Assembly: GCF_001447785.1 (NCBI RefSeq)
Contig: NW_015167096.1
Coordinates: 128,304 to 192,303, forward strand
DNA: 64,000 bases
Direction of reading: 5' to 3'
From: Gekko japonicus
Lineage: Eukaryota
Positions 24,241-37,059 of this stretch are shown here, piece after piece (position 1 is the first letter of the stretch; every line of letters begins with the position of its first letter). The position numbers and the translations under genes are program-made. A model generated the notes under the pieces. It saw only the letters and a program-made list of their open reading frames with translations. It ran no database searches and was not told the DNA's origin.

Positions 24241-26309
24241 AGTTCCTCCATAATAGTTCAGCAGATTTACCTCTATCATTTCCTTACCTATGGCAGTGGT
24301 GAAGAGAAGTGTGCAATGTGTTGATGACATTGTAAATCCGCCTATGTTTATAAAGAGTGGAGAAAAATCTGACAGGGCTTTCATTTGCAGTAGCATCCTT
24401 ATGCTGAATGTCAAAAGGAGAGATTACCTCAGTGGATGAGCACATGCTTCAAAGGGCCTCGGATAGGAAGGCTGTGAAGAACCTCTGCCTAAGGTCTTGG
24501 AGATCTGGTGGCTGAATAGACTGCTGGGCAGACAATGTAAGGTGTCCTCTTAGACCTCTGGTTTTTTTGTTTACACCCTCACACATCTCTTTACTGTCCC
24601 TTGCACAGAATCTCCAAAACTACCCTAAATAGCCATCTACTTATAATTGTAACACAGGATCAAAACCATCAGTCTCATAACTGGGTATTATTTGCTGTTC
24701 CTGTTGAGCTTTTGGTCTAAACATCATTCCAAACTTTGCAGCTGAATTTGTTTTACTTGCAGCATTGACACAAGTGAAAATTCTGGGCAGATGTCGAATG
24801 GCAGAAATCCTTCACTTGGCAGAGCGTCTGCTGTTTTAATGAGTCAAGAGGAAGGGAGGGGCAGCTTGGCAGAACGGCCATGCCTTGGGTTTCAAAGAAT
24901 CAGATTGTATCAAAATCTTGAATTTCTAACCTATTCCCTGGAGTTGAAAATACTTCCACGGAGTCAAGGAAAGTTCAAGAACGTGCCTTGCACCACTGTG
25001 GTTATAGAAGAAACGCAATGGTATTCGAAACAAAAATGATCCTTGCATTCATTTAGGGACTAGCATACCTGAGAGAAAATGTTGAGGATTTTGTTAGCAA
25101 AGCACACTGACCTTGTTTCTCTTGTCCCTTGAATCAAACCTTGCATTAACATCTACTGGGACCTTAGTGCAGTGGAAGAAAAAGAAGTCGAGACCAAAGA
25201 TTCTTTCCTTTCTCTAGGAAAATTCCGTTATCTTCTTTTTCATATTGCTTCATTCCATATTACAGGCACAGCCTTTGCTTTCCAGGACTTTCAGATATCC
25301 AAATACCTTTGTTTTGTGGTGTTCTTTTTGTTTTGATGTATACATATTGGAAACTTGGTGAATATCAACATTTAATGGTAAGTCTTGATGTTGCCTAAGG
25401 CCTGATGGGGAAAGAAAGACACCTTTTAAGATAAATCTCTCTCTCGCTCTCTTTTTTGCCATTTACACCCATGACATGGAAATGGCCTTTAATAAAACAA
25501 CACAAAATGGCTATGACATTTGAAGATTTACTGGAGGCTCTGGTAACCTGGTAAATCACACAAACAATGAGAGGGGGAGGAGATTTTAAAATGACTTTTA
25601 TTCTTTATTTATATCAAACTTTTCTCCATAATCAGGACCCAAAATAACTTATTGTTCTTCCTCCTCCACTCTGTCTTCACAACAAACACCTTTTGAGGTA
25701 GGTTAGGCTGAGAGATTGTTACAGGCCCAAGGTCACCTGCTGAGATTCCATGGCAGAAGGGGGATTTAAAACAGTTTGTCCCAGGTCCTAGTCCAATCAC
25801 TACTCCATGTCAGCCCTTAAGATGAAATCCAGAACAAAGTACATTTCTGAAGGACTCCAGTATATCGTGTGCATTGTGTGTAGCTGGGTCATTACATATG
25901 TGTATTTGTAACTATTTGTGATGTATTAAAATGATTGTTTTCTTATAACACGGAAGCCTACTTTACTTTAAAACATTTTAGCTGCTGGTAAATTCCATCT
26001 CCCTCTCTGCAAATCAAGACTTAGCACTTAATGTCAGCATTTGCCAAATTTCTGGCAACAACATAGTGCTTACTACTTATCTACGCGACCGCCTCTCCTA
26101 GTATACCCCCAGAAAAGCATTACACTCTGGAGAGAAGAACCTTCTGGTGATCCCTGGCCCAAAAGATATCTGGCTGTCCTCAACCAGAGCCAGGGCCTTT
26201 TCAGCCTTGGTGCTGGAACTCTCTGCCAAATGACATCTGTGCCCTGTGGGACTCGGCACAGTTCCGCAGGGCTGTAAGACAGAGATGTTCTGCCAGGCCT
26301 ATGGTTGAG

Positions 26310-26961
26310 CAAGTCACAAAACCAAAATAGGACCCAAGGTAAGTAGGAAATACCAAAAATCAGCAAATATCTCAAATAATTTTTATATATTTTTGTGTTA
26401 TATTTTTACAATTTATTCACTATATATTATTTATCATATAAGGCTTAATACGTAGAAAGAATCATATATCAAAACATCTAAGTATCATCTCTTAATATAT
26501 CACAAAAGATATTGCACAACCCCTTTATTAATATCAGTACTCCTTAATTATACAAAAGTTTTAAGAGGGAGGACTCCTTTAAGTCTATTTTGAATAAGTG
26601 CTCAGTCTTCCTCCAACAGAAGTCCAGATATCCTCCTGTTTCAGTGTCTTCCTCAGGAAGTTCAACAGATATTTCCAAGCACAAAGTTGCCAAATACCGA
26701 AATATTTATCCAAATTTTTTCAATGAACACTGCAAAAAGTCTCTCTTAGTGAGCTCAAAGCTTCCTCCAAAGTGAAAAGGACGTGCTTTTCTTATATTTT
26801 GTGATATATTAAGAGACGATACTTAGATGTTTTCATATATGATTCTTTCGATGTATTAAGGCTTATATGATAAATAATATATGGTGAATAAATTGTAAAA
26901 ATATAAAACAAAAATATATTTTAAAAATTGTATGTAGCACGGTATTTGCTGATTTTTGGGA
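26310..26961. mobile_element. AT-rich fold-back Penelope-like insertion
   Basis: ~160-bp inverted arms (26353-26511 vs 26793-26959); 15-bp TSD aggcctatggttgag (26295-26309, 26962-26976). Confidence 0.8.
26611..26660 (-). ncRNA. Putative type I hammerhead ribozyme
   Basis: Minus strand: CUUC CUGAGGA AG-ACA-CU GAAAC AGGAG GAUAUCUGGA CUUCU GUU GGAG; complete core, 7-bp stem III, 4-bp stem I, but only a 2-bp stem II. Confidence 0.55.
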
Positions 26962-27107
26962 AGGCCTATGGTTGAGGACAGCAACGGTTTCCATCATGCC
27001 TGGCCTCTCCCCTTTTTCTGCCCTCCTTTTGCCCTCCCTTTTGGGGTAAGGATAGGAATTGGTCTTTAAGTGCCATCTTTAAATAGCTACTGGATTTTTG
27101 ATAATTG

Positions 27108-29136
27108 CAGGCCTCATTTCTTGCCGGAGTTCACCGGAGCGACGCTCCTGCAGTAAGGAGCTCAGGGGGTGGGCACATGCAGCAAGCCCCGCCCCCTGCA
27201 CCCAGCAGCTCTCAGAAAACCTTGCGGAGCTCAGCCAAACAAGTCGAGGCCTGTGGGGAAGGAGAACCAGCCTCGCCGAGGGTGAAAAGCATTTGCAGGG
27301 TTTTATATTGCAGTGAGAGCCTGGAGGCAGTGAGTCAGTCGGAGCGGCACTTTGCTGCCTCCTCCAGGCGCTCTTCTGGAAGCACCCAAAGGCTCCAGCA
27401 GCCCTTTCCCGCTCCTTTTAGATCAGGGCACCTGCGGGGCTAAAAGACTTGTCTGAAAATGGCACACTTCGGTCTTCGGAGCCATTGTGAGGGGAAGAAG
27501 GGAACCGCCAGGGGCAAGGAGGACAGAGACTAGGGCAGTGGGAGGCAGCTGGTGTCTGCGACTGGGGCAGAGCAAGGAGGTGTGATGTGTACCCCAGTGC
27601 CCCTAAACTCCCACCACCTGCCTTGAGGGCGGGCTGCAGAGCCGTTCACCCACCACTTTCCGTTTTCTTACAGCCTTGGCCTGCCTCAGCTCTAGGTCAA
27701 GCTTTTATGAAGCACTCCTTGTCAGCTGTTCTGCTATTTGGACAAGCTCCCAAAGGAACTCCTTTGCCAGGCTTTACTGTCAGCTGCACTACCCAGCTGC
27801 CCCACTCTGCTCCAGCCTGTCTGCGTGTGCAGGTCCTTCCCCTTCCCGTCTCCAAGCAAGGAAGCGCTGCCTCCCATGGCCTGGTGGAGTGTGTTGCATG
27901 CAGGGGCTGGGCTGCAGCTGGTAGGCAGCGCTGTGCTCCTTCCATGGTAGTCACCCGGCCCATGGCTGGCATGCTGCAGCTGCCAGCGAGGTGGCATAGC
28001 AACCTGGAAACATGACAGCTGGCCCCCTGCACTGCAGTGGTTCAGCTGTGCCGGAGTGGCAGGGGTGGTGAGCCTCAGCTTGACAGCTCTGGAGGTGCTC
28101 ACCGTCCTGGCCCAAGTGGGTACTCACCAATCCTGACAGGGGATCTGGCAGACAGGGCGCGTGCATGCAGGGGTTGGGCTGCAGCTGGTAGGCAGCGCTG
28201 CGCTCCTTCCATGGTAGTCACCTGGGCCATGGCTGGCATGCTGCAGCTGCCAGTGAGGTGGCATAGCAACCTGGAAACGTGACAGCTGGCTCACTGCGCT
28301 GCATTGGTTCAGCTGTGCCGGAGTGGCACGGGTGGTGAGCCTCAGCGTGACAGCGCTGGAGGTGCTCACCATCCTGGCCCAAGTGGGTACTCGCCACTCC
28401 TGACAGGGGATCTGGCAGACAGGGCGCAGCCTATGCCAGGCCGAAGGCATCGGGGCCCTTTGGAAGGGCAACCTCACGGCCTGCTTATGTCTCTCTCCCT
28501 ACAACATCCTGCAACTCGCCTCCTACCACAGGTAAATAGGGTTTTTTGCGGGGGCAGTGTTGGCACAGCGGGGTTGGGGAACATCACCAACCAATGGCAT
28601 GGCATAGAGAAATGGTAGTGGAGGAAAGAAGACTCGTGTGTCCAATCAGATCATACCCTCTTATAATTTATTTCATTGTTTCCTCCATCCAAAAGACTTT
28701 GGTGCCTTTAACTATCTAACTGTCTGTCTATCTGTCTTTAAGCTTTCAAATATTAGCCAACAAAGAGATGGATAGAGAAGAGAGGGCCATTCAAGAGATG
28801 CTCTTCTAATCCATTTTATCTATTAAGTGGCAGGGAACACTAACAATGTGGCAAGTGTAAAATTAAGTATGGTTAACCAAAAAAAAATCAATAGCAGGCC
28901 TATGGAATGTAAAGACTAACACATTGACCTCTTCCTCAGATGCATGTCCTCGGCTGGCAGATATATACATGGTAACGGAGAACAAAATTCTAAACAGCCC
29001 AGTGGAGCCTGAGCGGTGGGTGTTGCCTTCTGACACACTTCTGGTGATGTCAGGGGGTGTGGCATATGCAAATAAGTTATGCTAATGAGTTGAGCTAATG
29101 AGCTCCTGCACCTCTTTTTCTACAAAATGACCCCTG
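27108..29136 (+). mobile_element. 2029-bp non-autonomous hAT element (family B ends) with internal cargo
   Basis: TIRs caggcctcatttc / aaaatgacccctg; perfect 8-bp TSD gataattg (27100-27107, 29137-29144); right end homologous to 17760-17909. Confidence 0.85.
27896..28427. repeat. Tandem duplication, 2 x 267 bp, inside the hAT element
   Basis: gcatgcagggg...ggcagacagggcgc at 27896-28160 and 28163-28427. Confidence 0.95.
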
Positions 29137-29242
29137 GATAATTGTAACTGTTTATTGATTCTGATTGTAATTTACTGAAATGCTGTTCACTACCCTGAGC
29201 CCTGCCTGTAGGGGAGGGCAGACTATACATTGAATAAATAAA

Positions 29243-29565
29243 TATGTTTAGGCTGGAGAAGACAAAGATGGGGGGACATGATCCTGCTGCTCAAGCTATC
29301 GAGGACCCATTATATGGAGGGGGGGTAATTCTCTGCTGCTCCTGATGGCAAGATTCTATCTAATGGGTCTGTTACAGGAGGATAATTTCAGATGAACTCA
29401 AGCTTGAACTTTCTAGTTGTGACAGTGGTTCAACTATAGAACCAATTGTTTAGTGGAATGGTAGGTTCCACCTCACTGGAGGTTTTCAAGCATCGTCTAG
29501 AATAGATAACCATCTACCAGGAATGTTGGAGCGTTGAGCTGGACTGGATCGCCTTCTTACAGGTG
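29243..29565 (+). mobile_element. Old CR1 LINE 3' fragment
   Basis: atgtttaggctggagaaga...ggggacatgat...cactggaggttttcaagca motifs characteristic of CR1 3' ends. Confidence 0.7.
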
Positions 29566-29789
29566 ATCCAGTCCAACTGAAAGCTACAACATGGTTGGAC
29601 ACTATGGGTTAGGGCTGGTAGGACTGTATGGGCCAGTGGCAGGACTAGGTATGATCCCATCAGCCTTTTGGTGACAAAGAAAGGAAGGGTTCCCTTTGGC
29701 CACCCAAAACTATGCCAGGGACCATGGAAATATGCTGGATCCAACCCTATGAAAGTGCCTGCTCTGATTTCCCATGGCCTTCCTCTGCA

Positions 29790-29903
29790 TAGCGACCCTG
29801 GGATTCCTTGGTGTTCTCTCATCCGAACTACTAACCAGGGCTGACCCTGCTTAGCTTCTGAGATCTGACAATATCAAGCTATCCTTGGCCATCCAGGTCA
29901 GGG
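29790..29903 (-). mobile_element. 5S-derived SINE (partial)
   Basis: actaaccagggctgaccctgcttagcttctgagatctgac. Confidence 0.8.
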
Positions 29904-31127
29904 GTTCTGATATATAGCTCTCCTGAATTCACAGTCAGCCACAGAGGGCCATGCTTCAGCATTCTGCTTAGGCTGAGCCCATACTGGCAACTATTAAATG
30001 CAGGGCCTTCTCCTTTCTTGCCATGGAGCTTGGACTCTCTTCTCATGTCTCTCTTCTGAGACTGCAAAATCAGTGCAGACATTTCCTTTTTTCAAATTTC
30101 CTATGAGGGTTGGCCCGATTATTTAATTCCACAATTGCTTCTGGATTGTTCATTTTTGCATTTCACTTGTCATCCCCCTTGCCCCGGCTGTATTTTATAT
30201 TTTATCAACATTTTAAAACAAATACTACACTGTCTATATTGAATTTAAAATACCCTGCTTTGAAAGAGTTTTTGAAAAGTAGTCTGATAAAAAGTAGTCT
30301 GATAAATCTGATAAATGAAGAAATCAATAGAAGGTGTAATTTTCAGGAGTGGTTTTGAACATGAGTAACCTGATCTGATGACTTTTCTATTCCTCTGCCA
30401 GAAATATCCACACCCGACAACCCTATTTAGATCCTGCAGTCTGCCCTGGACCTTTGCCTAGGAATGATGGGTGAGATCCAGGAAGCAATCAGCCAAACAA
30501 GCCAGGCCATTAGAGGGATGCTTGGCACATTACAAGAAAGCAATGAAGAGAAGGGTAGATGGGTAAGCACCCAGAAGTGGTTAAAGAAGATGCACAAGTC
30601 ATTCATACGTCTTATATCATCATTTGCTTGCGATGGGCGCCACGATTCTGAGAGCAGAAAGGCATGTCTTTGAGTTTCGAGGACTGGCTGTTTTCCAAGG
30701 GAGAACATGGTATCATGTAATCCAGAAGGAGGCTGGAGTATCTGATGAGCTCGCCATTCCCTAGCTAGAGATGTTCACAGCCAACAAGTCTGTTCGAACT
30801 TAAGGATACTATCAAGTTTTGCAAGGTTGCCAGTTCCATTCTAATATCTCCATTTTGATTTTACTTTTCTTGTTTGAACTGAATCCACCTGCCAATTTTT
30901 CCTATAAAATGTTTGCATTTCTCAGTGTTGTTTTGTGCAGTAGTTCGACATTATATATTATATTATACCTATAAATTGTGCATATATTGCAGAGACAGAC
31001 AAATCGACAGTATCGGTGACAACACTAGGCAACCCAAACCATTCACAATACAGTATACACAAAGACAAAAAAGGGCATATTAATCTATTTTTCAGTCGAC
31101 TGGGATCACTGACATGAATCTGTCAGA

Positions 31128-32369
31128 GACCATTTCCGCACAAGAGCAAACCTGTGGATCAGCGTTCTTAAATAATCAAAGTTTGTAAAACTTTCCACAT
31201 GACTTTTTGCTGCCCCAAGAGTGGATCCAGTTTTAGTGCCCCATTACCCTGTGTCTTCCGAATCTATTTTTCCTGTGATTTTCCCCCCCTTTAGATCTGA
31301 ACTCACAGTTTTCCAGTGAGGAATTCCTGATTTCAAATTTTGTTTCCCACTGTCCTTTTGTGTCATCAGTGTCATGTGTTCACCCCCCTTCCACCTCCCC
31401 TCAGGTTGTCCCATGAGCAATCTGCTAATTTTTTAAAAGTGTAATGTTGATTGCATTATGATGCAATTTCTCCCCTCATTATAGTATTGCAACATTATAA
31501 CATTGGGACAAAACAGGCAGCGAGGTTTCAGGTACATTCCTTTTTTTTTTTTGGGGGGGGAGGTTTTGACACCATATGCTTCTGTTGTTTCTTCACACAC
31601 CCCTTCCCCTATAGCTCCCGGTATGTTTTCTTTTATTTTTTTACAACGTTATGATGTTATAACATTACTACATATGAAAAAGGAGGTTCCTTTGCCGACG
31701 TACTTGAGGACACATTTAGCATGCTTCATAATTATTGAATAACACCGTTATGAATTGGTGTATCCAGTTTGACAACTGCCAGCCATTTTCTTACTTGGCG
31801 ACTAAGGAGAACCAGGGGACCTTTGAAATGGCGACAACCACACTGTTCCCCACGATATGTCCAGCCTTTTAAAAATCATGTTATAACATTACTGCATAAG
31901 CAAAACAAAGGAGGTTCCATCGCTGACAAAGTATATGATGACACATTTAGTGTGCTTCATAATGATTGAATAACTTTGTTATGAATTGGTGTCTCCATTT
32001 CGATGATTGCCAGCCATTTTCTTAGTTGGCAACTAAGGAGGAACGGTGAACCTTTGGAGTGGTGGCAACTAAGCTGTTCCCCACAATACATCCAGCCTTT
32101 TTTTTTTTTTTACAATGTTATGATGTTAATAGCGTTACTGCATGTGTCAAAAAGGAGAGGAGGTTCTGTTGCTGACGTACATGACAACATGGTGGCACAG
32201 CTCCTTTTCAAAGGAAGTGCAGAACGCACGGGGAGGATCGGATCTGAATTCGAGAAAAAATTCCCTGAAATAAACTCCCTTTTGCAGAAGGGGCACAGCA
32301 AAGTTGGAGCAAAAGCTGAGGATTCCACTCACCAGGAAACAGCAGCAACACTGAGGTATGGAAAAGGTC
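31128..32369. mobile_element. PIF/Harbinger-like non-autonomous element with an internal ~231-bp tandem repeat
   Basis: Imperfect TIRs gaccatttccgcac / gtatggaaaaggtc; 3-bp TSD aga; ~2.3 diverged copies of a 231-bp unit at ~31640-32190. Confidence 0.6.
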
Positions 32370-32828
32370 AGACTGACCAACTTATTATTATTATTTATTC
32401 CATTTGTATCCCGCCCTCCCCGTGAACAGACTCAGGGCCACTTACATTAGTCCAGTGTAAGTGTATGACCAATAGTTCACCACTGACTGGTGATTGTCCA
32501 CACCTCCAAGTTGCATGAGTCTCAACATCTTGCAGAAATAACATTTGGAGAATGTCAGTGAACTTGTCAGGACGCTAGCCCACTGTAGGGTCTAGAAATG
32601 GCAACCTGAAGGGTGGCAGGTGGATGTATCACCATCTAACTCTGATCCAAAGGAAGACTGCCAAGAAAGGCTTTACACCAAGAGGCTATGGGAGACAGTG
32701 GTATATCCTGATCAAAGATTCCTGGTCAATATTCACCCTGCTGCACCCCCAGCTTTTGTTTCATGTTCATTGCTATTCTCATCTCCATCACTCCTCTCCT
32801 AAGCTTTTGAGAAGTTCCATTGCATTCA

Positions 32829-32990
32829 CAGAATCATAGAATCATAGAATGTTAGACTTGGAAGGGACCTTGCAGGTCATCTAGTCCAACCCCCTGCATT
32901 CTGCAGGAGTATACTGAAAGCTAGCCCTATAACATACCCGAAAGATGGTTGTCCAGACTCCGCTTGAATTCCTTTATTGTTTCATAGGTC
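32829..32990 (-). mobile_element. CR1 LINE 3' end
   Basis: (ATTCTATG)n terminus as cagaatcatagaatcatagaat, then ttggaagggacc...gtcatctagtccaacccc. Confidence 0.9.
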
Positions 32991-33072
32991 TAACCTGTTC
33001 TCCATTCCACTCTACTTCGATTCCAGTTTCTAATTAGGAGGATTTCTAATATTTATTTTTATTTATTTATTT

Positions 33073-33345
33073 AGAAGAAGAAGAGAAGAGATTGGATTTA
33101 TACCCCACCCTTCACTACCCAAAGGAGTCTCAGAGTGGCTTACAAACTCCTTTCCCTTCCCCTCCCCACAACAGACACCCTGTAAGGTAGAGAGCTCTGT
33201 CAGAAATTGCTCTTTTTAAAGAACAGCTGTGCCAGAATATGGCTTGCCCAAGGTCATCCAGCATCTGCGAGTGTAGGAGTGGGGAATCAAAACCTGGTTC
33301 TCCCAGATTAGACTCTGCACACTTTACCACTACACCAAATTGGCT
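33073..33345 (-). mobile_element. Squam3-type SINE
   Basis: Reverse-complement homologue of 18518 and 49971. Confidence 0.9.
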
Positions 33346-33379
33346 CTGTGTTATTTATAGTCCGCCTTTCTCACATGGG

Positions 33380-33598
33380 TAGGGTTGCCAGCCTCCAAGT
33401 GGGGCCTGGGGATCTCCCGCTTTTACAACTGATCCCCAGCCGACAGAGATCAGCTCCCCTGGAGAAAATTGATGCTTTGAAGAGTGGACTCTATGGCATT
33501 GTATTATGTTGAGCCCTCTCTCCTCCCCAAACCACGCCCTCTCCTGGCTCCACCCCCAAAGTCTCCAGGTATTTTCCAACCCAGACTTGGCAACCCTA
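33380..33598. mobile_element. hAT Blackjack-like MITE
   Basis: tagggttgcca / tggcaacccta; perfect TSD cacatggg. Confidence 0.95.
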
Positions 33599-34914
33599 CA
33601 CATGGGCTCAAGGTGGATTACACATAAAGAGCCAGTACAATCAACAAAATGGGATATTCAATAACTGATGCATTAGGATATTAGAAGTCTAGAACCACCA
33701 GAAAGAACAGGAGCGCAGCATAAGTATGAACATGACACATTAAGCAGTACAGAAATTGCATAATAGGGAGGTACTAACAATACATTTTATGCAGCAGTAA
33801 AGACCACAAGGTCCAATCATTTGTCGAAGTAAGTTTGTGAAACCATTTTGTACTGTGCAGCCTGGAATTGGAGCATGTGGTGTTGGCTGAATTGTTCAGT
33901 TTCCTTCAGTGAGTTTTGGTTTCCCCACCACCTCAGTGTGTAAGTGTGTGCTGTCACATCACAGAAGAAAAAGAAAGCAAGTTTGATGTGATAATACACA
34001 TGACTCTATCAATATTCTTTTTCTTCAGTGTTTTGCTGGTGCATAGGTGCTCTTTCACATTAGTAAAAACACCCTGATAAAAGAGTTCTGGTACAACTGT
34101 ATGGATTATCACATCAAATTTGTTTTTTTGTTTTTTTGCAGGGAGTTGCCAGTGCACACATGCAAACTGGTAATGTATAGGGAAGAGGAAACACAGAAAT
34201 GAACTAAAGTTTTTGAAAACTGCTGTGAGATGTGCTTTCTACAAAATTCAGCAGCAATACATAAATAGCTGAAAACCCCCGAAAGACTATTTTCAATTTT
34301 GGAAACAACTATTTGGACCTCAAAATTTTTGGAGAAATTTAGATTAGGAGACGATTGACAATTCTACCATCTCACTCTCTAGGAAGAGATGAGCTGGGAA
34401 CAGATAGGAAGTTCTATTTTTTTCTGGGAAATCATAGAGTAATAGGAGTTGAGTCTTCTTGTATTGCAGCATCCAACCCAGACAGTTTTCCTCCAAAAGT
34501 TTTTGTGCCGTTACCTATGTGAATAAAATAGCATTGCTACCATAAGTGTCCCAGACATACAAAACACCATACAAAACAATCCCATCTCATCTTTTGGTTC
34601 TTTAAAGTTGGCCTCCACTCAACACCACCTTCAACCCAATCATATCAACTGTCAACACTGTTTATTTTTCTTATGCCTATCTGCAAAAGAGCTTATGAGT
34701 AAATGTGCCAACCCTAAACATTTGTGTTACAATATCTGCTTACAAGGCCAGTGGTGTTGCTGATGGAATCCAAAATACCAAATGACTGTCAACCTTTGAG
34801 CTCTTAATGACTGCATGGTAAGTAACATAGCAGGCAGGTTGCCTGCACAATTTGTTACTATCCCTTTGATTAGGAAGCTGCCTTTTGCTGAAGCAGACCA
34901 CTACATATATATGT

Positions 34915-35085
34915 ACCATCAAGTAGCAACCAACTTATGGTGACCCCGGCAAAGGACTTTCAAGGAAAATGAGCAACAGAGGTGGTTTGTCATTGCCTCT
35001 CTCTGCAGAGTCTTTCTTGTGATCCCCAGTCCAAGTACTGACCCACCTTAGCTTCTGAGATCTGATGAGATCAGGCTATACCATA
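34915..35085 (-). mobile_element. 5S-derived SINE variant
   Basis: ccaagtactgaccc..cttagcttctgagatctgatgagatcaggctataccat plus family tail. Confidence 0.75.
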
Positions 35086-35150
35086 CCTTTCCACATCCTG
35101 AAGCAGACCATTAGTCTATCTAGAACAGAACTTTCTCCTTTTATTGATAG

Positions 35151-35152
<2 letters not shown>

Positions 35153-35234
<82 letters not shown>
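35153..35234. repeat. (CT)n(CA)n compound microsatellite
   Basis: Seen directly. Confidence 0.99.
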
Positions 35235-35236
<2 letters not shown>

Positions 35237-35299
35237 GGCAGGGGCAGAGGAAAGAACAAAAGTATTGATTTTCTGCACGTAACTTTCCTCAACTTGTCA

Positions 35300-36050
35300 T
35301 TTCATATTGTACATTGATAAGCTGTGAGGTTTAAAAATTCATTAAAGTTTCTTAATATTATAATATTAGAAAGTTCATATCTTTATGTTTCTCTCTTATC
35401 CAATTATAAAATGGAGTCCATAGTCCAACAAAGTCTTCTTCCATTTGCCCTTTTAACATCAAAGTCAATTTGTCCATTTCCGCACTTTCCATAGTCTTTG
35501 CCATTAGATCATGTTCAGAAGGTGTTGATAGAAATTTCCAATAAGTTGCAAACAAGATTCTAGCAGCAGTTACTACATGAATTATAAAATATCTTTGATT
35601 TTTGTCAAAGTTCTCTGGTATACAATTCAATAAAAACAATTCTGGTCAAAAAGGTACTGAGATCTGCAAAACTGTCTGTATAAAGGTATGTACTATAACC
35701 CAAAACGTATGCACTATATCACATGTCCACCACATACAATAAAATGTACCCACATGTTTTTTTACAATTCCAACAATTATTTGACATATTTTTATACATT
35801 TTAGCTAATCTCTCTGGGTGTTGAATACTATCTATAGAACATCTTATACAGATTCTCTTTAAATGCCACCGATTTAGTTATTTTCACATTCACTTTCCAT
35901 AGTTTGCTCCACTGTGTAAGATCAGTATTATGAACCAAATTTTGCATCCATTTCACCATACAGTCTTTAACCATTTCATCTTCCATTTTCATTTGCATTA
36001 AAAATACATACATTTTCTTGGTCAACTTATCATTAGATGTGCACAACAAC
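35300..36050 (-). mobile_element. L1 ORF2 3' fragment (degraded)
   Basis: ORFs 35828-36049 (KENLYKMFYR) and 35358-35639 (TAARILFATYWK...W..FY.W) flank a frameshifted zinc-knuckle region (WWTC). Confidence 0.9.
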
Positions 36051-36058
36051 TTCTAAAA

Positions 36059-36490
36059 CAGGGGTGTTGAACTCATTTGTTATGAGGGCCAGATCTGACA
36101 TTAATGAGACCTCGTTGGGCTGGGCCATGTGTGTCATAAAATGTAATGCCAGGTAAGGGAGATATAAACTTTATAAAGGACACAAACACAAAGGGTTTTT
36201 TTTTAACTTAAAATAAAAGCATGCTTAAAACAGCACTCTTGCAATATTTTGTTTATTTAACAGTGTCTGATAACTGACACCTCTTGCTCTGAATTATTGC
36301 ATCAAAATGTCTGTGATGTTGCAGTCTTGAGTATGCTGTTCAGGTGTGGATCTGTAAGCTGCAAACCTACAATGATACTGCAGCAGCAGAACTGGAAGAA
36401 GAAGCAGAAGACAGCCGGTTCCACTGTGGGCCTGATAGAAGCCCTCCAGGGGCCTGATCCGCCCCCCAGGTCGCATGTTTGACACCTCTA
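36059..36490. mobile_element. hAT (Charlie-like) MITE
   Basis: caggggtgttgaac / gtttgacacctcta; perfect TSD ttctaaaa. Confidence 0.92.
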
Positions 36491-37059
36491 TTCTAAAATA
36501 TACTTTATTGATCATTATTCTCCAAGGTCTCAGGCAATGGCAAACCAACTCTGTTTGTCTCTTGCCTTGAAAATCCTCCAGGGTCACCATAAATTGGCTG
36601 CAACTTGACTGCACTCTCCACACCCTCCAAGGTCTAAGACCAGCCCCACAATCTGAGACCCATTAACTAGAGATGCCTGGGACTGAACATGCAAAGCACA
36701 TACTCTGCCGCTGAGTTATGGCCCAATGGTGATCAAGGATGGAAGCAAAACACAGTTCTCATTAAGAACTGAATAGCAAGTAGACAAAGATGGTGCAAAT
36801 TTCAAAAAGCCAATTTTTAATATATATATTTTTTGCTACCACTGATTGCTTCTATCCACAGCTGGAAGCTTTTGGAACAATTCCTCAATGCAAAACAAAG
36901 ACAGGTCTTTGGATGGGACCAGGATGCATGAATTGCCTTGGGCTCAAGGGGGATGGTACATCCTGTGACAGGACACATATTAGGCTAATTAAAAGCTTAC
37001 TTGTCTCAATTGAGTCCAGTTTCTTTTCTTCCCCCCCAAAAAATTGCTAGTGTGGAGTA

